64,000 nucleotides of DNA from Ignavibacteriota bacterium (GCA_963769605.1 CAVYML010000003.1:158305-222304), one strand, 5' to 3'; shown: positions 20,319-29,762, counted from the stretch's first letter. Numbers and translations are program-made. Notes: generated by a model from the letters alone, not told the origin.

Positions 20319-22427
20319 TTAAACTTTTTCGTCGAGGATTAATCGTATAGTTTTGAGTACATTGTTCGGCATATAAGGCTTTTGAATAAAACAAGAAAGT
20401 CCGGCTTTTATAAGATGTCCTTTTTCGTCCGGATCCATAAAACCGCTTACTAATATGACCTTTTGATTTACATTAATCTCGCGAATAGTTGAAAAAACGG
20501 TTGATCCGCTCAATTTTGGGAGTCCCATATCGATAAGTGCAAGCGCAATATCCTTCTTTCGCTCCGCATAAAGCTGGATTGCCTCAACTCCATTACGGGC
20601 AAGAATAACGGTATATCCTTTCGATTCCATCAAGCTTTTCATCTCTGTCGACAGACCCTCTTCATCTTCAGCGTAAAGAATGGTTTCCGTGCCGCCTGGG
20701 GCCGATGACGGCTGGTCAAGCTGTCCGGTATATAAAAACGGTGTCTGGGTCGAAAGAGGGAAGTAGAGTTTAAATGTGGTTCCCTGGCCGACCGTACTTT
20801 CCAAATCTATAAAACCGTTGTGATTTTTAACAACACCATAAACAACTGAGAGACCGAGACCGCTCCCGCCTCTTTTTTCTTTCGTTCTAAAGAAAGGTTC
20901 GAAAATCCTTTGCCGGAGAGAGCTCTCTATGCCGCTGCCCGTATCTGCAACATCGATCTGCAGATATTGCGGAGAAGCAGCATCGGGAAATTTGCGCTGA
21001 ATTTCTTTTCCTTGAACGACTCGTGTGTTAATGCTGAGAAGTGAATTGTTTTTGTTTGTTTGCAATTTTGCCGTCATTGCATCGCGCGCATTGACGCAGA
21101 GATTAAGCAGTACCTGATGCAATTGTGACTGATCCATGGTTACGATGGGAACAGACGAATCGAGGTCAAATTTCATCTCAATATTTTTAGGAAATGTTTC
21201 CTGGAGCATTTTTGAAAGACTCTGGACTACTGCGTTAATATTGACCGGTTCCAGGGTCAGCTCGCTTTTACGGGCGAATGTAAGAATCTGCCGGGAGAGG
21301 CTGGCTCCGCGTTCGATGGCTTTGTTGATCCCTTCGAGCGCCCGTGGAATTATTTGCTGCACGTCAGGCCCATGTTCCAGCATGGCGCTGTACGCGAGAA
21401 TGATGCCGAGAATATTGTTGAAGTCATGCGCGATGCCTCCGGCAATTGTTCCGAGGCTTTCCATCTTCTGTAATTGGACGAGCTGTTGTTCCAATAATTT
21501 TCGTTCTGTATTATCGAACATATAGCCGCGGATTTCAATCAACTCGCCTTCATCGTTGAATTTCCCCAGTGCTTTTTCGATGACGTAGACGATATTGCCT
21601 TCTTTGCCGCGCATGCGTGCTTCAAAGTAATCGAGCTTTTTGTATTTATAAAGCTGGTTGAGAAATGTTTGATAATTTTCCGGACTGTGATATAATTCTT
21701 TAACGGTATGTGTCGACGCTTCTTGAACAGAAGCAAATCCGAATATCTGAGCATAGGCAAGATTGCAATCGAGTAATTTTCCATCGGCAGACGAGATATA
21801 ATTCCCGGTCAGGCTTTCTTCAAACATCCGGCGATATTTTTCTTCCGTCGTATGCAGTTCTTGTTCGGACCTTTGCTGCTCGGTTGAATCGTAAATGACG
21901 GCGATAAATCCGGTCAGCGCTCCGGCTTCGTCGCAGGCAGAGGAAATCATAATAACGGATCGAAACTTGCTTTTATTTTTTCGGACACAAATTCCATTTT
22001 CTTCAAATCGGTGTTTTAAAACGGCGGTTTGGAGCGCCCGAAGGATTTTCTTTTTGTGAATTTCATTCTGCTTGAAGAAAATAGAAACGTGTTTGCCGAG
22101 AATTTCGTCTGAAGAATATCCGAATATTTTTTTTGCGCTTTTGTTCCACTCGGCTACATACCCGTCACAATCAAGGAACATGACAGCATGCTGACGGGCA
22201 TTTTCAACCATGAGTCGATAATGTTCATTAGAGAGAGAAAACTTTTTTCCTTTGTCTTCCAACAGTTTCGAACTCCGGGTCTGCTCCTTTGCCATGCCTT
22301 TATTGCATGAAGTGCTTCTTCTGAATCTTTGGCGGCGGTTATAGAGAGTCGTGGTCGACGGATCGGAGGTATTGATATTCTGCAATTCATTCACATTAGG
22401 AGAATCGTTATTCGCTTCACTTGTCAT
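20319..22427 (-). CDS. hybrid sensor histidine kinase (PAS domains, HisKA, HATPase, C-terminal receiver)
   Basis: PAS-like segments are followed by an H-box HDFNNILGII, an ATPase G-box DTGSGIE and a C-terminal REC domain (ILYAEDEEG…IDMGLP). Confidence 0.85.
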   Translation of the reverse strand: MTSEANNDSPNVNELQNINTSDPSTTTLYNRRQRFRRSTSCNKGMAKEQTRSSKLLEDKGKKFSLSNEHYRLMVENARQHAVMFLDCDGYVAEWNKSAKKIFGYSSDEILGKHVSIFFKQNEIHKKKILRALQTAVLKHRFEENGICVRKNKSKFRSVIMISSACDEAGALTGFIAVIYDSTEQQRSEQELHTTEEKYRRMFEESLTGNYISSADGKLLDCNLAYAQIFGFASVQEASTHTVKELYHSPENYQTFLNQLYKYKKLDYFEARMRGKEGNIVYVIEKALGKFNDEGELIEIRGYMFDNTERKLLEQQLVQLQKMESLGTIAGGIAHDFNNILGIILAYSAMLEHGPDVQQIIPRALEGINKAIERGASLSRQILTFARKSELTLEPVNINAVVQSLSKMLQETFPKNIEMKFDLDSSVPIVTMDQSQLHQVLLNLCVNARDAMTAKLQTNKNNSLLSINTRVVQGKEIQRKFPDAASPQYLQIDVADTGSGIESSLRQRIFEPFFRTKEKRGGSGLGLSVVYGVVKNHNGFIDLESTVGQGTTFKLYFPLSTQTPFLYTGQLDQPSSAPGGTETILYAEDEEGLSTEMKSLMESKGYTVILARNGVEAIQLYAERKKDIALALIDMGLPKLSGSTVFSTIREINVNQKVILVSGFMDPDEKGHLIKAGLSCFIQKPYMPNNVLKTIRLILDEKV

Positions 22428-22518
22428 AAGATATTCCTTTACATGATAGAGTAATCCGGAATTTTAAAAAGCACAGATCTTTATCATTGGGGAATATAAG
22501 AAGCGCGCAAGAAAAAAG

Positions 22519-22574
22519 ATGTCGTAAAATCACAAAGAGCGTGTCGTATTTTCAACAAACTCGTGTCGTATTTT
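22519..22574 (-). promoter_or_regulatory. three direct repeats of (G)TGTCGTAwwTT at exactly 22 bp spacing in the promoter region of the hybrid kinase gene
   Basis: atgtcgtaaaat (22519-22530), gtgtcgtatttt (22541-22552) and gtgtcgtatttt (22563-22574) lie 92-147 bp upstream of the start codon at 22427 on the - strand. The same motif recurs at 25691-25746. Confidence 0.45.
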
Positions 22575-22741
22575 TGGGGTTGAGGGGGTTATTTTTCACT
22601 TATTGGGAAGAAACGGCCAAATCCGGTCATTTTCGCACGAAACGGAATTTCGCATTGTTTAAAACATTGGGAGTATTTTTTCGATATGATGTTTTTGAAA
22701 AAACAAAAAAAGTTTAATTATGAAAAGGATTATTCCATTTA

Positions 22742-23371
22742 TTATTGAACAAAACCATTTTTAAAGGCATACCGGATAATATCGAGATTGGATTGAGCAT
22801 GAAGTTTGAACATAATGCGCTTGCGATATGAATTGACCGTATTAATTGATAGCTGAAATTCTTCTGCGATCTCTTTGTTGTTTTTCCCTTGTGCAAGTTC
22901 GCGCAGAATTTCCAGTTCCCGGTCGGTAAGGTCTTCAAAGACTAGTCGTTCGGTGGATTCATCGATGAGCGCCGGCAGTTCCTGTTGAACCTCGGGGCTG
23001 AAGTAATGCTGTCGGCTGATAAGCAGCCGGACGGCCCGTAAGAGTTCTTCTGCGGATTCTTCTTTGGTGAGATAACCGGTTGCCCCGGCTTGGAGCACGC
23101 GGCGTATATACTGCGAAACAGGCACCATGCTTAGAACAAGTATCGGCACTTTTTTATCAGTTAATCTGATATCGGCAATAATCTCGAGTCCGCTCCGGCC
23201 CTTGAGAGTAATATCAACAATGATGAGGTCGAACTTTGCTTCCCGGAATTCTTTCATTGCTGTTTCGTATGAGAATGCCTGGGCAATTTTGGTTACCTCA
23301 AAAGTCTGTGTCAGGATACGGGAGATTCCCTCTCGTGTAAACTCGTGATCGTCGACGATCAATATTTTCAT
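22742..23371 (-). CDS. two-component response regulator, NarL/LuxR family (REC + HTH_LuxR)
   Basis: The N-terminal MKILIVDDHEFTREGI…DLIIVDITL region is a receiver domain. The C-terminal ELEILRELAQGKNNKEIAEEFQLSINTVNSYRKRIMFKL region is a LuxR-type HTH. Confidence 0.9.
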   Translation of the reverse strand: MKILIVDDHEFTREGISRILTQTFEVTKIAQAFSYETAMKEFREAKFDLIIVDITLKGRSGLEIIADIRLTDKKVPILVLSMVPVSQYIRRVLQAGATGYLTKEESAEELLRAVRLLISRQHYFSPEVQQELPALIDESTERLVFEDLTDRELEILRELAQGKNNKEIAEEFQLSINTVNSYRKRIMFKLHAQSNLDIIRYAFKNGFVQ

Positions 23372-24180
23372 AATATGGTTCCTTTTGCATCAAGGTCGAT
23401 ATTTTTTAAAGGCACTTCCAGCGTTACATGTGTTCCCTTTCCCGGTTCTCCTGTAATTGTCGCTTTGCCTCCGATCATTCGCGCTCGTTCCTGAATGCTT
23501 AGAAGGCCTAACGATTCCGGATGATTTAACAAGGAGTTGTCAAATCCTTTTCCGTTGTCGGTTATAAGAACAAAGAGGTTTTGGTTGCGCATATCGATCG
23601 TTATTTCAACCGATGAAGCTTGTGCATGCCGTGCTATGTTTGTCAGCGATTCTTGTATTATTCGATATGCACCGGTTTTAAGAGCTTCGTCGATAGGCGG
23701 CAGCGTTTTGTTGAGATGAAGGTGAACTTCGATATTGGTTCGTTTCTTAAATTCGCCCGCTTGCCATTCGACTGCTGCATTCAAACCGAGGCTGTCCAAA
23801 ACTTTCGGACGCAGCTCGGAAGAAATTCTTTGAACCAATTTTGTTGTCGAACCGATCAGATCCTGCATTGCTTTAAAACGCTGCGTAATTTCATCTTGTG
23901 CAGCTATGGAGTGTTCAATCCAGTGAAGGTCGTATTTCAGGGTTGTGAGGGTTCCTCCCAGCTCGTCGTGCAATTCGCGTGCAATACGCTTTTGCTCTTC
24001 TTCCCGTGCATTTTGAAGTTTATCCGAGAAGAGCTGTACCTGACGTATGCGTTCTTGCTGTGCCGCTTCAATTTTTCTGTGACTCCGTACCATCATAAGT
24101 ACAAAAAAAAGAAAAAGTCCGAGAATAACAATAGTGCCGCTAAAAACAGCGAAGAGAATTAAATTTGCGTCTGCGGACAT
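23368..24180 (-). CDS. sensor histidine kinase, HisKA_3 (NarX/DesK-like)
   Basis: A single N-terminal transmembrane helix is followed by an ELHDELGGTLTTL H-box of the HisKA_3 type and an HATPase_c domain. The stop overlaps the start of the response regulator gene. Confidence 0.85.
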   Translation of the reverse strand: MSADANLILFAVFSGTIVILGLFLFFVLMMVRSHRKIEAAQQERIRQVQLFSDKLQNAREEEQKRIARELHDELGGTLTTLKYDLHWIEHSIAAQDEITQRFKAMQDLIGSTTKLVQRISSELRPKVLDSLGLNAAVEWQAGEFKKRTNIEVHLHLNKTLPPIDEALKTGAYRIIQESLTNIARHAQASSVEITIDMRNQNLFVLITDNGKGFDNSLLNHPESLGLLSIQERARMIGGKATITGEPGKGTHVTLEVPLKNIDLDAKGTIL

Positions 24181-24860
24181 AAGAAACCTATTGTGAAAAG
24201 AATGTTAGAAATAATTGCCAAAAACCAGGTGATAGACCATGCCAAATAGAAAAGTTCTCTTGAATGGCCGAAGAGAAATCCTGCAAAAATAAAAGGCAGT
24301 AATGTACCGGAAGAATTGAAAATGAATGAAAATAAGATCCAAAATTTTTGATTCTTTAAGAGGAACGAACTGCTGTTTTCATAGACTACAAAAAGAGTAA
24401 AAGCGGCTGCCAATGTAAGAATCATCGCCGATACGGAGACAGTTATAGTGGCTGGCATATGAAATGGTTCAAAAGTCAACTTGGCGATAATCCAAAAAAG
24501 GATGAAAGCTACACTAGTGAATCGTATAACCATGCGAACTTCTTTTGAATATTGCCATAAAGAAAAAATATAAAGGACGATTACAAATTCAACTAAAACA
24601 AATAAATGCATAAAAAAAGGAAGAATATCATGTCCCAGGATCGGCCAAAATGAAAAAGAATCAATGAGAAAGCCCAAAAATAAAAAATAAATAACCAGTT
24701 TAGCTCCTTTATCGGCAGTTCTGAATTTAATGATGCCCGCAAAAATCGGAATCAAAGTGGAATAAAAAGTCAAATGTGCAAATACAGAATAAGCCTTCGG
24801 CATAGAATCCAGAATGTTGTTTAAATCCGGTGACGTTCCGGAAGGCCGAAACGTCACCAT
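24159..24860 (-). CDS. polytopic membrane protein of unknown function (possible sensory partner of the downstream kinase)
   Basis: 233 aa with 6-7 hydrophobic helices. It overlaps the kinase start by 22 bp in the same operon. Confidence 0.5.
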   Translation of the reverse strand: MVTFRPSGTSPDLNNILDSMPKAYSVFAHLTFYSTLIPIFAGIIKFRTADKGAKLVIYFLFLGFLIDSFSFWPILGHDILPFFMHLFVLVEFVIVLYIFSLWQYSKEVRMVIRFTSVAFILFWIIAKLTFEPFHMPATITVSVSAMILTLAAAFTLFVVYENSSSFLLKNQKFWILFSFIFNSSGTLLPFIFAGFLFGHSRELFYLAWSITWFLAIISNILFTIGFLCPQTQI

Positions 24861-24869
24861 TTCTCATAA

Positions 24870-25307
24870 TCATTTCAATGTAGCAAATGAATGGTCATGT
24901 TTCAATATATGCGGCCCCGTGCAATCGGGCGGACAATAAATTGTTATTTGTAAAATTGATCCTTTGACCATATCGTCGCCATTATGATCGACACCGACAA
25001 TAACCAGCGTCGGCGAACCGTCTTTGTGTTTTGCATAGTACATACGTAAACCGGCACAACCGGGTTGCGTAAGGGTCTCTTCAAGTGACTTTTTACCGAA
25101 ATAATGTGCAATTACGGCGTCAGACGAAGCGGACACCTGAAACGCTTCGGTCAAATCCATGGCTTCTTGAAGCGATATATTATGATTTTCATTGCCGGTA
25201 TATTTCGATTGTTCGGCGCTTATTGGACGATTGAAAGATGGATAAAGAAGGGCTGCGAGTAAAAATAATACGGCTGCCGCTGAGAGAATAATCTTTTGAA
25301 TAGACAT
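24870..25307 (-). CDS. hypothetical secreted protein
   Basis: 145 aa with an N-terminal signal peptide (ILSAAAVLFLLAALL). It is the first gene of the operon that continues into the membrane protein, kinase and regulator. Confidence 0.5.
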   Translation of the reverse strand: MSIQKIILSAAAVLFLLAALLYPSFNRPISAEQSKYTGNENHNISLQEAMDLTEAFQVSASSDAVIAHYFGKKSLEETLTQPGCAGLRMYYAKHKDGSPTLVIVGVDHNGDDMVKGSILQITIYCPPDCTGPHILKHDHSFATLK

Positions 25308-25690
25308 AATAAATCTCCTTATAAAGGGTTGGGGTCGGTTTTAGTTATCGCACAACGATCATCCATTTAAGGATGGCGAGAGAGACAGGTACCTCTGATT
25401 GGAGGGGAATGATTGCGGCGTTGTAAGGCATTCTTGGACATCAGCCTTCTCCATAAAATAATATGACCCCCTGTTGTTATAATAACAGCATTATCTCATT
25501 TTGTTCCGGTAGTGATTATAGAACTAGAGTCAGTCAATCTTGCTTTGTCAGTGAAGAATTTGGCCTGAAAACCGTATAGTGCATTCTCTCGAGTGAAAAG
25601 TCGTTCCAAAACCTTTGCAAAATAACTCTCCGATACATGCTTTTACGTAGTATTCTTATCAAAATGTTATAAATTTTACACTCGAAAGTC

Positions 25691-25746
25691 TGTCGTAAAT
25701 TCACCAATGGCTTGTAACATTTTTCGCAAAAAGCGTGTCGTAAAAT
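25691..25746 (-). promoter_or_regulatory. two further copies of the TGTCGTAAAwT motif spaced 44 bp apart, upstream of the secreted-protein/kinase/regulator operon
   Basis: tgtcgtaaat (25691-25700) and gtgtcgtaaaat (25735-25746) have the same core as the 22519-22574 array. They end immediately before the IS target duplication. Confidence 0.4.
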
Positions 25747-25749
25747 AAC

Positions 25750-25864
25750 AAATAGACGAGGGAAAAATCTACGTAAAAGGCAGGGGGGGAAAACAAAAGA
25801 CTGGAATTGTAATAAAAAAGGCCATTTTTATGAAGAATGGCCTTTCTATTGCTTGCTTATTGCT
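25750..25864. repeat. 115 bp direct repeat, left copy (target-site duplication of the IS1634-family insertion)
   Basis: Positions 25750-25864 are identical to 27513-27627. This copy includes a hairpin ggccatt..aatggcc flanked by A/T runs. Confidence 0.85.
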
Positions 25865-27512
25865 CCCGACTTGTACACAGACGGATAGTTAAGATAAAAA
25901 CATGCGAAATTAGTTTGAAACGCGTAAATTTAACATATGGTGTCATACTAAGGACTTCGTTAGAACATGTTTCATATCCGTACGACAAAAACTGGTTCCG
26001 GCGGCACAGCAGTGCAAATTATTCGGTATCAAAACCGGAAGATGATCATCATCAAACATCTGGGTAGTACACATGATAAGAAAGATTTAAAAGCCTTAAA
26101 AGAAACAGCTACTCTCTGGATTGAGAAGACGACCAAACAACAATCATTATTCTCCAACGAATCAGTTTCACCTACACTACAACTCAAGCAATGTCAGTAT
26201 GTTGGATTTCGCTATGGTTTGATCTACGAAAGTCTTTATCAACTGTGCAAACTATTTAAATTTCATCGGTTGCGAAACAAGCTCTTGGTAGATTTAGTTA
26301 TTGCACGCATTATTGAGCCAGGTTCAAAGACACAGTCAATAGAATTTCTCAAAGAGTTCATGGGAATAGAACATAAACGTCAGGAACTCTATCGGCAAAT
26401 TCCAAGGTTTCTGGGTGTGAAAGATACAGTAGAATCTAAAGTACTGGCGGTTGCTGAAAAAGAATTTGCTTTTACCTTTTCCCTCATCTTTTATGATGTA
26501 ACTACTTTATACTTTGAGAGTTTTGAATCAGATGATTTACGCCAATGCGGATTCTCCAAAGATAACAAATTCAATCAACCGCAAATAGTCCTTGGACTTT
26601 TAGTGACTATTGATGGTTTTCCAGTAGGGTATCAAATATTTGAAGGCAATAAATTTGAAGGACACACGTTAATTCCTGTTATTGTGGAATTTAAGCACAA
26701 ACACAAGGTTGAAAATTTCACTGTGGTTGCTGACGCTGCTATGATAAGTGATAAAAATATTACCGCACTTGCCTCTGCTCATCTTCAGTACATTGTCGGA
26801 GCCAGAATAGCAAATTTGCCACTCAAGCGTATTGCGGAGATCAGCGCTCAACTTTATCAACGCGATGGCGCAACAATGCGTATGGCAACGGAGCTTGGTG
26901 ATTTGATCTGTGAATTTTCTGCAAAACGATTTGCAAAAGATAAACGAGAGCTGGAAAAACAAATTATTAAAGCTCAGGAGCTTCTCGATAATCCAGGTAG
27001 CATCAAAAAAGTAAAATTCATTACCTCCAAAGATCAAACATATACACTTCATACTGCATTAATAGAGAAGACCAAACTACTACTTGGCATCAAAGGCTAT
27101 TACACAAATCTGCCGAAGTCGGAAGTCAGTGATAACATTGTCATTGAGCATTATCATAATCTCTGGCATGTAGAGCAGGCATTTCGCATTGCAAAAAGTG
27201 ATTTGCAAATGCGTCCCATCTACCACTTTAAACAAAAGACTATTAAAGCTCATATTCTCATTTGCTTCATGGCATTAGCAATTTGTAAATATATGGAGTT
27301 AAAAACGGGAAGATCGACCAAGTCTATTGTAAAATTATTGAAAGGCGTTACAGATGCTATAATGGTTAATACCCTCACAGGCGAAGAATTTACTCTACGC
27401 TCTATACTCATCGATGATGTCAAACAACTCTTGATAAAAATGGCTCTGTTGCTTTGATTTGGCCGTATTATTTCCCCTCACACGCTTGTCATACTAATTT
27501 GGACAAGTCAGG
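25865..27512 (+). mobile_element. IS1634-family insertion sequence (1648 bp)
   Basis: A single transposase ORF is bounded by imperfect terminal inverted repeats (left cccgacttgtac, reverse complement of right cctgacttgtcc). It is flanked by a 115 bp perfect direct duplication, consistent with the unusually long target duplications known for IS1634. Confidence 0.8.
25967..27457 (+). CDS. IS1634-family DDE transposase
   Basis: The N-terminus MFHIRTTKTGSGGTAVQIIRYQNRKMIIIKHLGSTH matches the IS1634 transposase N-terminal signature. Length is 496 aa. Confidence 0.8.
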   Translation: MFHIRTTKTGSGGTAVQIIRYQNRKMIIIKHLGSTHDKKDLKALKETATLWIEKTTKQQSLFSNESVSPTLQLKQCQYVGFRYGLIYESLYQLCKLFKFHRLRNKLLVDLVIARIIEPGSKTQSIEFLKEFMGIEHKRQELYRQIPRFLGVKDTVESKVLAVAEKEFAFTFSLIFYDVTTLYFESFESDDLRQCGFSKDNKFNQPQIVLGLLVTIDGFPVGYQIFEGNKFEGHTLIPVIVEFKHKHKVENFTVVADAAMISDKNITALASAHLQYIVGARIANLPLKRIAEISAQLYQRDGATMRMATELGDLICEFSAKRFAKDKRELEKQIIKAQELLDNPGSIKKVKFITSKDQTYTLHTALIEKTKLLLGIKGYYTNLPKSEVSDNIVIEHYHNLWHVEQAFRIAKSDLQMRPIYHFKQKTIKAHILICFMALAICKYMELKTGRSTKSIVKLLKGVTDAIMVNTLTGEEFTLRSILIDDVKQLLIKMALLL

Positions 27513-27627
27513 AAATAGACGAGGGAAAAATCTACGTAAAAGGCAGGGGGGGAAAACAAAAGACTGGAATTGTAATAAAAAAGGCCATTTTTATGAAGAA
27601 TGGCCTTTCTATTGCTTGCTTATTGCT
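27513..27627. repeat. 115 bp direct repeat, right copy (target-site duplication)
   Basis: Identical to 25750-25864. Its hairpin at 27583-27605, preceded by an A-run, reads on the - strand as an intrinsic terminator for the 27640-28338 gene. Confidence 0.85.
27575..27606 (-). terminator. rho-independent terminator (- strand) of the 27640-28338 gene, duplicated by the IS insertion
   Basis: Read on the - strand, the stem ggccatt/aatggcc with a 9 nt loop is followed by TTTTTTATT. It lies 34 bp after the stop codon at 27640. A second copy at 25812-25843 was created by the target duplication. Confidence 0.6.
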
Positions 27628-27639
27628 GTCTTGCCGGAA

Positions 27640-28338
27640 TTATTGGGTTTCCTGCCATAGGATTTGATCCTTTTGGATATCGATGAGGCAAATATCTTTT
27701 GGTACTATGTGTAAGGAGGTTTGTGTCGTGATATTGCCCTGGCTTATATCGATGACAAAGTGAATTCTAAAATAAATATTCCCTTGATTTTCTTTCGCAA
27801 CTCGCGCAATTTCCCGTGAAACGTGCCAAATAAAACCCGGCTTGAATGTCAAAGCAATTTGAGACTTCCGAAATCCGCGTTCTACGGTATCGTTGAGAGC
27901 GACAAACGCATTGGAGGGAATTTGGCACTGTACCGTCGGAATATCATACGGAGCTTCGATCGTTTGCGAACAATCGACTTCATAGGTTCCTGCATCGGCA
28001 TTGTATGCTTTGAACTCCGCTTTGAACAACACACCGAAAATTCTTTTGTTCAATTTGGTTTCGTTAATGCGCGCCTGAATTTTATTCAGAAGCTCAGTGC
28101 GCAGTTTTGTTTTCCGTTGTTCGAATTCTTTCGTCGTTTCAAATTCATCTTTTACAGCTATTTTCCCGGTATAGGTCTCCATTTCATCGCGCAGAAATGT
28201 CCATTCTTCCTTTAATATCAATGTTAGAGCTGCAGGATCCATGTTCTCATCGGCGTTCATATTTGTATGCTGTGCCGGCACAATTGCAGTGAATGCGGCA
28301 GTGCATAGTACTAAAAAAAAGATATGATGAATTTTCAT
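27640..28338 (-). CDS. hypothetical secreted protein
   Basis: 232 aa with a signal peptide (MKIHHIFFLVLCTAAFTAIVPAQ) and no recognised domain. The start overlaps the hemY stop. Confidence 0.5.
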   Translation of the reverse strand: MKIHHIFFLVLCTAAFTAIVPAQHTNMNADENMDPAALTLILKEEWTFLRDEMETYTGKIAVKDEFETTKEFEQRKTKLRTELLNKIQARINETKLNKRIFGVLFKAEFKAYNADAGTYEVDCSQTIEAPYDIPTVQCQIPSNAFVALNDTVERGFRKSQIALTFKPGFIWHVSREIARVAKENQGNIYFRIHFVIDISQGNITTQTSLHIVPKDICLIDIQKDQILWQETQ

Positions 28339-29762
28339 AGAACGTTCCTTTCGGAAGATTTTGAAGTCAAGATAATTTTAGCGGCCAGTGATTGCGCCAG
28401 CTCATAGGAATTTTTTACACAATCGCCTACGGATATACCCCCGCGATAATTACCCGTCAATACGATGCCGGCAAAATGCTGTTCAAACCGTTCCAGTGCA
28501 TCGATTTTTCTTTGATAGCCGATCGTATACTGCGGAATGGATTTACGCCATCGTGTTAAGTTCCAATATACGGGTTTTCCGGAAATTTGCATAGCGGATG
28601 AAAGCGCTTTTGTCGTTTCTTTGAGAATACCTGCATCGCTCATTTCGTACAATTCCGGCTGCCGTGCCCCGCCCATAAATGCATTGACTGCAGCATGGTC
28701 TTTCGGCGCGCGGCTGGGGAAGAGACTTGAATTCCACAAACATCCGAGAATATTTTTTTTTTCTTTGGACGGGACCAAAAACCCAAAACCATTCAACGGA
28801 TGATAAATGTCTTCCCGCTTGTATCCCAGAAATATAGAGACGATAGGTGAATAATAAATTGAATCGAGCACTTCGGCTGTTTCCGGAGAAAGACGGCGTA
28901 TAATCGGCGCTGCATCGTACGCCGCAGTCGCAAAGACGACATAATCGGTCTCGATCTTGTGATGTTTTCCCTTGAATAAATATTCGATGATATAACGCCG
29001 GGATTGAACTCTCGTTCGCTTCGGCTGTTGTATTCCGGTCACTCGTGCGCCGGCAATAATTTCGCTGCGCATCGATTCGGCAAGTGCGCGAGGAAGCGTC
29101 TGCATTCCGCTGCGGAAGGAAAAAGTTTCGGCTCTGTCTTTGGCTTTCTCTTCCCGTTGCCGCCGCTCCCCAACTCCCCAGATCATACCCTTTATTAATC
29201 CGCCGTAATTCTTTTCCAAAGCATAGAGTTTGGGAAATGCAGAGCGGACGCTTAGCTGTTCTGCTTTTCCGGCAAAAACACCCGCTACAAAAGGATCGAT
29301 CGCATAATCTAAGAATTCATGCCCTAATCTGCGGGATACGAATTCCGCGATGCTTTCTTCATTGTGTGCCCTACCGATCAATGGCTCTTTCAGGAGGCGT
29401 AATTTTCCTTTCGTAGAGAATAAGTCCGTACGTAAGAGCGACAGCGGACCTAACGGCAGAGGAAGAAGCATGTCGTTGCGAAGAATAAACCTGTTTTTCC
29501 CTTCCGGATTGGCGTAGATAAATTCGTCCTCTAAATGCAAACCGGCAACAAGGTCTTTGAAGAGGGGTGTTGTTTCTAAAGCCGTATTTGCGCCGGTCTC
29601 ATAGAGAAACCCGCGGTCTTCGATCGACTTCATCGTTCCGCCTACATCTGAATCTTTTGAAAGGACAAGAACAGCGAGACCCCTTTTTTTCAGCCAATAG
29701 GCCGTGGACAATCCGGTAATGCCTTCGCCGACAACAAGAATATCGATTTTTTTTTGGTTCAT
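28335..29762 (-). CDS. hemY: protoporphyrinogen/coproporphyrinogen oxidase, HemY family (FAD-dependent)
   Basis: The N-terminal FAD-binding motif IDILVVGEGITGLSTAYWL and a 475 aa length match HemY-type oxidases. Confidence 0.85.
   Translation of the reverse strand: MNQKKIDILVVGEGITGLSTAYWLKKRGLAVLVLSKDSDVGGTMKSIEDRGFLYETGANTALETTPLFKDLVAGLHLEDEFIYANPEGKNRFILRNDMLLPLPLGPLSLLRTDLFSTKGKLRLLKEPLIGRAHNEESIAEFVSRRLGHEFLDYAIDPFVAGVFAGKAEQLSVRSAFPKLYALEKNYGGLIKGMIWGVGERRQREEKAKDRAETFSFRSGMQTLPRALAESMRSEIIAGARVTGIQQPKRTRVQSRRYIIEYLFKGKHHKIETDYVVFATAAYDAAPIIRRLSPETAEVLDSIYYSPIVSIFLGYKREDIYHPLNGFGFLVPSKEKKNILGCLWNSSLFPSRAPKDHAAVNAFMGGARQPELYEMSDAGILKETTKALSSAMQISGKPVYWNLTRWRKSIPQYTIGYQRKIDALERFEQHFAGIVLTGNYRGGISVGDCVKNSYELAQSLAAKIILTSKSSERNVL

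Noticed and set aside
19483-20394. 303 aa ORF on the - strand
   Set aside because: It is antisense to the GT4 glycosyltransferase gene. The sequence is low-complexity and basic, typical of a shadow ORF.
22487-22717. 76 aa + strand ORF in the kinase-regulator intergenic region
   Set aside because: It overlaps the TGTCGTA operator array and promoter region. It is low-complexity and more likely regulatory DNA.
25469-25490. Near-palindrome tgttgttat-a-ataacagca in the intergenic region
   Set aside because: It is an imperfect 9 bp arm repeat that occurs once. It cannot be distinguished from chance in AT-rich DNA without conservation data.
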